From NCBI GenBank assembly GCA_009778325.1, contig WRJZ01000032.1, positions 21,933 to 45,932 on the forward strand: a stretch of DNA of 24,000 nt. The letters are read 5' to 3'. Position 1 is the first letter of the stretch. Each line of letters starts with the position of its first letter. Under the pieces are notes generated by a model that saw nothing but the letters and a program-made list of their open reading frames with translations, was not told the DNA's origin and searched no databases. The DNA comes from Candidatus Endomicrobium neocapritermitis (GTDB taxonomy: Bacteria; Elusimicrobiota; Endomicrobiia; Endomicrobiales; Endomicrobiaceae). The translations under genes and the position numbers were made by a program. Shown piece after piece: positions 1 through 6,854 of this stretch.

Positions 1-10
1 TAGCCTTTGC

Positions 11-60
11 ACAACTTCCCAGCTTCCAAACTTCTCAACTTCTGCCGTTCTGCTGTTCCT
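11..60. repeat. 8-nt-periodic low-complexity repeat (aacttccc/agcttcca/aacttctc/aacttctg/ccgttctg/ctgttcct)
   Basis: The 8-nt periodicity is visible by eye. Positions 37-51 (aacttctgccgttct) are identical to 13545-13559. The repeat overlaps the stop and last codons of the acyl-CoA synthetase. Confidence 0.6.
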
Positions 61-1723
61 TATCCTTATCCCTTATTTCCACCCGCCTTATTTTTCCCGA
101 TATAGTCTTTGGCAGCGCGTCGACGTATTCGACAATGCGCGGATATTTATACGGCGCCGTAATCTTTTTTACATGGTCCTGCAGCTCTTTGGTCAGTTCC
201 GGCGAACCGGTATAACCTTTAGAAAGCACTATGGTAGCTTTTACGGCAAAGCCGCGTTCCGGGTCCGGTACGCCGGTTACGGCGCATTCGGTAACTGCCG
301 GATGTTCCATCAGAACGCTTTCCACTTCAAACGGTCCGATACGGTATCCGGATGATTTAATAACATCGTCGGTGCGTCCTACATACCATAAAAATCCCAT
401 TTCATCTTTATACGCCGTGTCGCCCGTATGATACAAATCATCATGCCAAACGCTTTTTGTCATTTCTTCATCGCGGTAATATCCCGAAAACATTCCATAC
501 GGCCTGCCGCCGCCGGCCTCATCGGTGCGGATACAGATTTCGCCGATTATGCCGGGGCTTACTTCTTTTCCGTTTTCATCGGCGATTATCATGCGGTAAC
601 TCGGCGAAGGAAGACCCATTGACCCAAGCCGCGGCTGCATCCAGGGATATCCTGTCCAGCAGCTTAGAGTAGATTCGCTCTGCCCGAAACCTTCAAAAAT
701 TTTAAGGCCCGTTCCTTCATGCCAAACCCTGAAAACTTCCGGGTTAAGCGCTTCGCCCGCCGTGGTGCAATGTTTCAGCGCGAAATTATATTTTTTCAAG
801 TCTTCTTTGATTAAAAAACGATACATTGTCGGAGGGGCGCAAAATGTTGTAATTTTATAACGCTCCAACTTTTCAAGTATGTCGGGCGCCGAGAATTTAT
901 CAAAATCGTAGGCAAAAACAGCGCTGCCCGCAAGCCATTGGCTGTACATTTTACCCCAAAGACTTTTAAGCCAGCCGGTATCGGAAATTGTTAAATGCAA
1001 ACCGCCCGGTTCGCAGCGGTGCCAAAAACAGCCGGTTATTACATGCCCCAGCGGATAAGTATAATCATGCATAACCATTTTCGGATAACCCGTAGTGCCT
1101 GACGAAAAAGCCATCAGCATCATATCGGTTTTTATATTGTTTCTGGCAACAGGCGTTTCGGGCGCAGCTTCCAATTCGGCGTCAAAATTAATCCAGCGCT
1201 CATTAGGCATATTTCCGCCGAATACCGCCAGCTTTTTTACGGTCGGACATTCGGACAATGCTTCTTCCATAGCCTTAGTCACGCCGAAACGCGGAGTGGT
1301 CAGCAGCATTTTAATTGATGCCGCATTCATCCGGTATTCAATATCTTTTTTGGTCAGCAGATAAGTAGCCGGCACGGCAACCGCTCCCATGCGGTGAAGC
1401 CCCATAAGAACAGGCCAAAAACGCCAATCGCGCGACATGGTCAGCATAACCATATCGCCTTTTTCAATACCTTGCGCGATAAAAAAATTTGCAGCCTTAA
1501 CCGAAAGCCTGCGGATATCCTCATATGTAAAGCGCTTTTCAGCGCCTTCATTAGAAACCCATAACAACGCTAATGCGTCAGGCGTTTGAGCGGCAATCAC
1601 ATCCAGACAGTCAAAAGCGAAATTAAAATTGTCCGGAATGCTCAGCTTATAATTTTTTTGCAAATCTTCCAAGGTAACAAAATCGTCGCGGTTACGGTTT
1701 GTGTATTTTTCGTATAGAGACAT
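35..1723 (-). CDS. AMP-forming acyl-CoA synthetase/ligase (ANL superfamily, short/medium-chain type; substrate unknown)
   Basis: 562-aa ORF. It has the AMP-binding signature FSSGTTGYPKMV, the region TGDTAYKDEMGFLWYVGRTDDVIKSSGYRIGPFEVES, and the C-terminal SGKIRR lysine motif. These are the ANL acyl/acetyl-CoA synthetase hallmarks. The last codons (EQQNGRS) are encoded by an intergenic-type repeat (see 11-60). Confidence 0.85.
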   Translation of the reverse strand: MSLYEKYTNRNRDDFVTLEDLQKNYKLSIPDNFNFAFDCLDVIAAQTPDALALLWVSNEGAEKRFTYEDIRRLSVKAANFFIAQGIEKGDMVMLTMSRDWRFWPVLMGLHRMGAVAVPATYLLTKKDIEYRMNAASIKMLLTTPRFGVTKAMEEALSECPTVKKLAVFGGNMPNERWINFDAELEAAPETPVARNNIKTDMMLMAFSSGTTGYPKMVMHDYTYPLGHVITGCFWHRCEPGGLHLTISDTGWLKSLWGKMYSQWLAGSAVFAYDFDKFSAPDILEKLERYKITTFCAPPTMYRFLIKEDLKKYNFALKHCTTAGEALNPEVFRVWHEGTGLKIFEGFGQSESTLSCWTGYPWMQPRLGSMGLPSPSYRMIIADENGKEVSPGIIGEICIRTDEAGGGRPYGMFSGYYRDEEMTKSVWHDDLYHTGDTAYKDEMGFLWYVGRTDDVIKSSGYRIGPFEVESVLMEHPAVTECAVTGVPDPERGFAVKATIVLSKGYTGSPELTKELQDHVKKITAPYKYPRIVEYVDALPKTISGKIRRVEIRDKDKEQQNGRS

Positions 1724-1803
1724 AATTTTTATTCCTTTTTTATTAAAATATATTGAAACTTGCTTTGGATTGCCGCGTCGGAAACAAAGTTTCCTCCTCG
1801 CAA

Positions 1804-1837
1804 TGACAAAAGAGAGGAGTACTACCTGCTTTTGTCA
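1804..1837. repeat. 9-bp perfect-stem hairpin (TGACAAAAG-16 nt-CTTTTGTCA) adjoining a 'cgcaatgac' core
   Basis: The arms are at 1804-1812 and 1829-1837. The right arm contains the XRE/cupin stop codon. An upstream small hairpin GGAAAC-AAA-GTTTCC and the string CGCAATGAC precede it. Confidence 0.6.
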
Positions 1838-2386
1838 CCCTATTACAACCGCCAAAAACTGCACCGGCGTATTGTCCAGCGCCTGCATAGCATGCGGGAT
1901 TGAAGAGTTAAAATAAACGCTGTCGCCCGGTTCCAAGATATATTCCGCATTTGAAATATAAAACTTCATCCTTCCCGAAACAAGCCAGTTGAATTCCTGT
2001 CCGTCATGGGAATGCAGAGTAGGCTTTTCTGCTTTTGGTTCTACCGTGACCATAAACGGCTCAGCCTTTTTATTGCGAAATGTAAACGCCAAATGATTAT
2101 ACTTATAAGCCGCGCGGCGGTCGATGCTGTAGCCCTCTCCCTTGCGCACAATACTCCAGTCCGATAAATTCGGACTGTCCCCGCTCATAAGATCAATCAC
2201 ATCAACGCCTAAAATACGCGCGGCTGTGTACAGGAAGGAAAATGAAAAGTCCAGCTCGCCTTTTTCATACGCGGCCAATTCCTTCACGGTAATTCCGGTT
2301 TTTTCACAGAATGCTTCTGGCGTCATCTCCGCGATATTGCGCAAAGCCGATAAACGCTGGCCTATTTCTTTCAATTGCTCGTTCAT
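1835..2386 (-). CDS. XRE-family HTH transcriptional regulator with C-terminal cupin domain
   Basis: 183-aa ORF. The N-terminus has an HTH_3-like segment (MTPEAFCEKTGITVKELAAYEKGE). The C-terminus is cupin-like (HSHDGQEFNWLVSG ... GDSVYFNSSIPHAM). It lies directly upstream of the acyl-CoA synthetase on the same strand. Confidence 0.8.
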   Translation of the reverse strand: MNEQLKEIGQRLSALRNIAEMTPEAFCEKTGITVKELAAYEKGELDFSFSFLYTAARILGVDVIDLMSGDSPNLSDWSIVRKGEGYSIDRRAAYKYNHLAFTFRNKKAEPFMVTVEPKAEKPTLHSHDGQEFNWLVSGRMKFYISNAEYILEPGDSVYFNSSIPHAMQALDNTPVQFLAVVIG

Positions 2387-2408
2387 TTTGAAATCCCCTT
2401 TTTAACGA

Positions 2409-2496
2409 CAGAGAAGAGAGAACAGATAATAGAGAATAGTTAAAAGCCATTGCCTTTTGCCGTATCTATTCTCTTTTCTCTCTTATCTATACTCTG
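2409..2496. repeat. long imperfect palindrome with purine-rich/pyrimidine-rich 31-nt arms
   Basis: The left arm is cagagaagagagaacagataatagagaatag (2409-2439). The right arm is ctattctcttttctctcttatctatactctg (2466-2496). They are complementary at 25 of 31 positions, with a 26-nt loop, followed by T8. Confidence 0.7.
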
Positions 2497-2502
2497 TTTT
2501 TT

Positions 2503-3228
2503 TTATCCGATTCCGCCGTCAACCTGAAATACTTTTCCCGTTATATATCCCGCTTTATCGGAAGCAAGATAAGAAACCATGTCCGCTATATCCTGCGCTT
2601 TTCCTAGCTTTCCCAGCGGAATTGTTTTCAAAATCTGCTCCATCGGAAGCCCTTCAAGCATTTCTGTTTCGATAAATCCGGGCGATACCGCGTTTACCAA
2701 AACGTTTCTTTTGGCAACTTCAACGGCCAGCGACTTTGTCGCTCCGATAAGGCCTGCTTTAGCCGCAGAATAGTTGCTTTGTCCCGGCACGCCGAAATGC
2801 GCGGCAGCCGACGTAATATTTATAATCCGGCCTTCTCTGTTTCTTAACATAAAAGGAAGAACCGTTTTTGTTATGTTAAAAAAACCGTCAAGCGTAACGG
2901 AAATTACGTCTTTCCACTCTTCCTGTTTCATCCATATCAATAAAGCGTCTCTTCTGAAACCCGCGTTATTTACGACAACAAACGGAGCTTGCTCTTCCAG
3001 CAACGCGGACAAAGTTTTTTCGGTTTGTATGTAATCCGCAACGTCAAACTTTAAAAGAAGGCATTGCCTTCCGAAATCTTCGATTTCTTTTTTAATTTTT
3101 TGGGCTTGGTTGTCATCGGAACGGTAATTAAGCCATATATCAAAACCGTCTTTTGCCAAAGTTTTGGCTATTTCCGCTCCGATTCCCCTGCTTGCGCCCG
3201 TGACTAAAGCTATTTTATTTTTATTCAT
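2503..3228 (-). CDS. fabG: 3-oxoacyl-ACP reductase-like short-chain dehydrogenase (FabG family)
   Basis: SDR fingerprints are present: TGASRGIG (TGxxxGxG), NNAG, and YSAAKAG (YxxxK). The ORF track starts at TTG 3252, inside a palindrome arm. ATG 3228 (MNKNKIALVTG) gives the canonical SDR N-terminus, so it is used here. Confidence 0.8.
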   Translation of the reverse strand: MNKNKIALVTGASRGIGAEIAKTLAKDGFDIWLNYRSDDNQAQKIKKEIEDFGRQCLLLKFDVADYIQTEKTLSALLEEQAPFVVVNNAGFRRDALLIWMKQEEWKDVISVTLDGFFNITKTVLPFMLRNREGRIINITSAAAHFGVPGQSNYSAAKAGLIGATKSLAVEVAKRNVLVNAVSPGFIETEMLEGLPMEQILKTIPLGKLGKAQDIADMVSYLASDKAGYITGKVFQVDGGIG

Positions 3229-3243
3229 TTCTGCCCCGGTTTG

Positions 3244-3379
3244 TAACGGCAATGAATAATTAACAATTAATAATGAATAATTATTGTGTTTTCGCCTTGC
3301 GAAAACTTATTAACAGGTTTCGCTAAAGCGAAACTCCGACAATTATTCATTGTTCATTATTAATTGTTAATTGCCGTTA
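3244..3379. repeat. composite palindrome: ~40-nt AT-rich outer arms enclosing two small GC hairpins
   Basis: The outer arms are taacggcaatgaataattaacaattaataatgaataattattg and caattattcattgttcattattaattgttaattgccgtta, which are imperfect with indels. The inner hairpins are GTTTTCGC-ctt-GCGAAAAC (3288-3306) and GTTTCGC-taaa-GCGAAAC (3317-3334). Confidence 0.7.
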
Positions 3380-4015
3380 TTGTATATTCAGCGTCCCGTA
3401 AAACTCATTTTTATTAATTTTCAATCTTGCTTTTGCGAAATCCGAAGGAATTTTGAAAGTAATATTTCCGGCGCCGGTAATGCTGTATTCATAAAGAGAC
3501 GGGATTTTGCGCAATGACACTAAAATATCCGCGTCCGAACTTTGTATATTAAGCGTTTTAAAACCGCCTTCGGCATTAACTTTAGCGTTGGCGGTGTTAA
3601 CTTCCAAATTTCCGAAAAAGTTTTTAACGCTGATTTTTCCGTTCATGGCGCTTATATTCAGCGAACCTTTAATATTCGAAATGTTTACGACGGCGTCAGC
3701 CGAGTTTATTTCTATATTGTTTTTTGGGGAAGGAAGAGTAATGTTTACGACGGTTTTTTCCGTAATAGTTTCATCGTCAAAGTACATTGTTAAATTTCCG
3801 TCACTGCCAATTTCTATATGCCTGGACAAACTTTCCGGCTTATCCGGAGTAATGTCAACCATAATATTTCTTGTTTTACCTGACGCGATATTCAGCGTTC
3901 CGACTGAAATCACTATATCAATCTCATTAACCGCACTTGCTTTATATGTGTATTTTTCCGCGTAAACCGGCACATTAAAAATAAAAATTGCCGCGAAAAT
4001 CAAAAGCTTTTTCAT
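3377..4015 (-). CDS. secreted beta-rich repeat protein (DUF4097 / putative-adhesin-like)
   Basis: The track ORF runs to 4330, but ATG 4015 begins a textbook signal peptide, MKKLLIFAAIFIFNVPVYA|EK. The mature part has reiterated motifs (VNIS, LNIS, ISVKN, LEVNTANAKVNAEG, ADILVSL) like those of DUF4097-type beta-helical proteins. The family call is from pattern memory only. Confidence 0.5.
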   Translation of the reverse strand: MKKLLIFAAIFIFNVPVYAEKYTYKASAVNEIDIVISVGTLNIASGKTRNIMVDITPDKPESLSRHIEIGSDGNLTMYFDDETITEKTVVNITLPSPKNNIEINSADAVVNISNIKGSLNISAMNGKISVKNFFGNLEVNTANAKVNAEGGFKTLNIQSSDADILVSLRKIPSLYEYSITGAGNITFKIPSDFAKARLKINKNEFYGTLNIQ

Positions 4016-4255
4016 GACATGCCCCTGTTTTTGATGTACCTTAAATTTTAGCAAATTATTATAGTGTTTTGGTATTTGTACAAATTTTTCCTTTTGATAA
4101 TTGTTCTTGATTGTTTGTACTGAAAGCCAACTTTGGGTTATTATATAAAATCTAATATATGTATTACAAATTTCTAAAATAATAAATGGTATATATAATT
4201 TATATTTATATAACTTCTCTTTAATTGGAATACATTTGTAATACTGTGATTTTTT

Positions 4256-4663
4256 ATGTACAATAACATTATGAAAAAAATAAAGCACGGCAAAACTCTT
4301 GTTCCAAAAGGCGCTTTTCCGGAAAGACATGAATTGGAAACTGCTTGGTTTTTTAATGCTCTCGGCAAAAACGTTGAATTTTTAGTTCCTGTTGACAAGC
4401 AGCATATAAAAACGCCTGACATAAAAATGGACGGGATTTATTGGGAAATTAAAGCGCCTAAAAACAATGGGAAACATACAATAGAACATTTATTTAGAAA
4501 GGCTTTAAAACAATCATGTAATGTCATATTTGATTTAAGAAGAAGCAAAATGCATCCAAACAAATGCATTCTCCAATTAAAGAAACAATTTCGGTTATCT
4601 CAAAAAGCAAAAATATTGTTAATTATTACAGATGATTATGAATTTCTTGACTTAAAAAAATAA
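4256..4663 (+). CDS. small PD-(D/E)xK (restriction-endonuclease-fold) protein resembling polymorphic-toxin nuclease domains
   Basis: 135-aa ORF in AT-rich DNA. The core TPDIKMDGIYWEIKAPK fits PD-x(n)-E-x-K (D55 ... E64-I-K66), and an upstream acidic helix (ERHELETAWFFNALG) precedes it. There is no clear SD; ATG 4271 (MKKIKHGK) is an alternative start. Confidence 0.5.
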   Translation: MYNNIMKKIKHGKTLVPKGAFPERHELETAWFFNALGKNVEFLVPVDKQHIKTPDIKMDGIYWEIKAPKNNGKHTIEHLFRKALKQSCNVIFDLRRSKMHPNKCILQLKKQFRLSQKAKILLIITDDYEFLDLKK

Positions 4664-4813
4664 TTTCGGTATACTTATGTCAGATGGCGCGGCCTTTGCT
4701 GGATAGCTCAGGTTGCGTCATCTCCTTTTTGGCATAAAAATATAAATCGTTTATACTTTTTTTACATAGGGTACAGCCGCTGCTGAATAGCGGGGGTTGT
4801 GCTTCATGTTTTT

Positions 4814-5974
4814 TTATTTTCTGTTTTCTATTATCTGATTCGATATATTTTCGATATCTGAAAGATTGTGCCCTGCAGTTAGCGAGATTCTTATTCTTGC
4901 CTGGCCTTCGGGGACTGTCGGGAAGCGTATAGCCGGAACATATATGCCGTTTTTTAATAAAGCTTGCGACAGTTCTCTCGTGCATTCGTTGCTTCCTGTT
5001 ACTACAGGAATAATTTGCGTTTGTGAATTTGATGTATTCAAACCTGCTTTATCCAGTTTTTCTCTTAAATATTCGGAGTTTTTACGCAAATGCTCCCTTT
5101 TATCATCTGATTTTTTCACTATTTCTAAAGATTTTAAAGCGGCTCCGGCTATTGCGGGGGATATGGCGGTGGAATAAATGAAAGCCCTGCTTTTATTTAT
5201 TAAAAAATCTATAAATTTCCGGCTCCCGCACACAAAACCGCCCTGCACGGCAAAAGCTTTTGATAAAGTGCCGATTGTTATATCGACTTTATCCGAAACC
5301 TCGCATTCATCCGCAAGCCCTCTGCCCTCTTTGCCGAATACTCCGGTTGAGTGCGCTTCGTCAACAATGCTTGTTGCTCCGTATTTAATGCAAAGGTTCG
5401 TAAAATCCCGTAAAGGGACGAAGTCCCCGTCCATTGAAAATACCGATTCGGTGACGGCAAGTTTTAATTTATAACTTTTAGTTCTTTTTAATACGGACTC
5501 GAAAGATTCCATATCGCAGTGCTCATATACGAATATGCGCGCGCCTGAAAGCTTTGTGCCGTCCCATAAAGAAGCGTGGTTTAATTTATCCATAATAATG
5601 CATGTATTTTCAATGCAGCCAAGAGCGCTCAGCACCCCTAAATTTGTTTGGTATCCGCTTGCAAAGACAAGCGAAGCTTGTTTATTTTTAAAAGCGGCAA
5701 GTTCCGTTTCTAATTGTTCATGCACAGCAAGGTGTCCTCCTACTAAACGGGAAGAAGTCCCGCCAAAACCGTACTTTTGCGCGGCTTCTAACGCTGCTTT
5801 GTTTACTTCTTTATTGCCTGCCAAATCAAGATAATTGTTTGACGAAAAGTTCATAAACTTTTTGCCGTAAATTATGATGTTTGCCGCAGGGCTTGAAGAA
5901 ATAAGCCGAAGATTTCTCAATAGTCCCGACTCTTTAATACCTGATAATTTTTCGGACAATACATCATCTAACAT
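4814..5974 (-). CDS. bioF: 8-amino-7-oxononanoate synthase (PLP-dependent alpha-oxoamine synthase)
   Basis: 386-aa ORF with NNYLDLAGN, FASGYQTN, SVFSMDGD, VDEAHSTGVFG and the PLP-lysine motif GTLSKAF. I call it bioF because it is co-directional with bioB in a tightly packed operon. KBL/SPT-type paralogy is not formally excluded. The start overlaps the upstream gene by 11 nt. Confidence 0.8.
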   Translation of the reverse strand: MLDDVLSEKLSGIKESGLLRNLRLISSSPAANIIIYGKKFMNFSSNNYLDLAGNKEVNKAALEAAQKYGFGGTSSRLVGGHLAVHEQLETELAAFKNKQASLVFASGYQTNLGVLSALGCIENTCIIMDKLNHASLWDGTKLSGARIFVYEHCDMESFESVLKRTKSYKLKLAVTESVFSMDGDFVPLRDFTNLCIKYGATSIVDEAHSTGVFGKEGRGLADECEVSDKVDITIGTLSKAFAVQGGFVCGSRKFIDFLINKSRAFIYSTAISPAIAGAALKSLEIVKKSDDKREHLRKNSEYLREKLDKAGLNTSNSQTQIIPVVTGSNECTRELSQALLKNGIYVPAIRFPTVPEGQARIRISLTAGHNLSDIENISNQIIENRK

Positions 5975-6803
5975 TTTTTGCTCCTACGGACTTCATCCGT
6001 TTTTTTAAACGTTTTATAATATATAAAGGAAGATACGTTAAATAATATTTTAGACGAAGTCTCCCGAAACGTTTGTTTTTAAAATTATTTCCGAAATAGC
6101 CGTGAAATGCAAAAGGGCGGATTCCTTTTATTTCGTCTATAGACGCTTCGTGCGCAAAATATTTCGCAACATCAAGCGGAGCAAATTTCATTCCTGCAGA
6201 TTCAAAAATATGTTTATTTTTTACGCAGATAAACAAATCTTCATTATAAAGTTCTTTATACGCCGGCACAAAGGGAATATTCAGCTTTGACGGCAGCTCC
6301 ATTAATCGTTTTGAACGTATTGAAACGCTGTTTCCAACCCTGCAAATATTTCCGGTCGCGTCTTTCAAAGAATTATTTTTTGGCCACGGAGCGCCGATAT
6401 AATCATAATCCAAAAATTCGCTGCGCCACATATCGGGATTAATCACAAAACCGTCATAATGCGCCAGCAGCATGAAATCCGTATTTATGTATTTATGCAT
6501 TTCATAAATCATTTTATAATTAAAATCATTCATGCTTTTGTTTTGAGGCGTATATTCATAGCGGATATTTTTCGGAAGATAAAAAGGTTTTTTGTGGCTT
6601 ACCAAAACAGCATCGCCAAACTCTATATTTTTCATGCTGTATTTTATGGCCTGCACGGTTTCGTAAACATAAGTACAGGCTAAAGCGGCAAGGGTTACAT
6701 TTTGCAGCCTTAATTTTTTATTTGCCTCAACATCAACTTTATTCTGTCTGTTGTCATTGGGACGGGGCTTCTGACATGATTTATCAAAAATAAATCCTGT
6801 CAT
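5964..6803 (-). CDS. DUF5672-like protein of unknown function
   Basis: 279-aa ORF. The block HYDGFVINPDMWRSEFLDYDYIGAPWP matches the DUF5672 signature as I remember it (...Fl.YDYIGAPW). Codons 13-17 are one arm of a 15-bp perfect inverted repeat. The 3' end overlaps the bioF start. Confidence 0.6.
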   Translation of the reverse strand: MTGFIFDKSCQKPRPNDNRQNKVDVEANKKLRLQNVTLAALACTYVYETVQAIKYSMKNIEFGDAVLVSHKKPFYLPKNIRYEYTPQNKSMNDFNYKMIYEMHKYINTDFMLLAHYDGFVINPDMWRSEFLDYDYIGAPWPKNNSLKDATGNICRVGNSVSIRSKRLMELPSKLNIPFVPAYKELYNEDLFICVKNKHIFESAGMKFAPLDVAKYFAHEASIDEIKGIRPFAFHGYFGNNFKNKRFGRLRLKYYLTYLPLYIIKRLKKRMKSVGAKNVR

Positions 6804-6821
6804 AACCCCCGTCCCAATGAC
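6753..6821. repeat. 15-bp perfect inverted repeat bracketing the DUF5672-like gene start codon
   Basis: gtcattgggacgggg (6753-6767) and ccccgtcccaatgac (6807-6821) are separated by a 39-nt loop that contains ATG 6803. Confidence 0.8.
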
Positions 6822-6854
6822 AAGGCCAAAGCCGCAAGAGTAACATTTTTTAAT

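Noticed and set aside
2497-2504. T8 run after the 2409-2496 palindrome as a rho-independent terminator
   Set aside because: The U-tract would be on the plus-strand transcript, but both neighbouring genes are on the minus strand. In the minus orientation the stem is followed by no U-run.
4161-4244. 11-bp inverted repeat gtattacaaat / atttgtaatac, and the TTTGTACAAA palindrome, upstream of the small nuclease gene as an operator
   Set aside because: The region is extremely AT-rich, so short palindromes of this kind are expected by chance. No regulator gene is adjacent.
4016-4330. N-terminal 105-codon extension of track ORF 3377-4330
   Set aside because: The extension lies in very AT-rich, promoter-like DNA, and its translation looks non-protein-like (KYKLYIPFIILEICNTYIRFYII). 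The internal ATG at 4015 starts a canonical signal peptide, so the gene was shortened to 3377-4015.
4683-4724. tRNA-like string (gatagctcaggttg resembles a D-arm) downstream of the small nuclease gene
   Set aside because: There is no T-loop (GTTCGAATC-type), no acceptor-stem pairing and no anticodon arm, so it is not a tRNA gene. At most it is a degenerate fragment.
4680-4985. 101-aa minus-strand ORF overlapping the 3' end of bioF
   Set aside because: It is in a different frame over the well-supported bioF coding sequence. Its composition is basic and low-complexity, and it has no RBS. It is treated as a shadow ORF.
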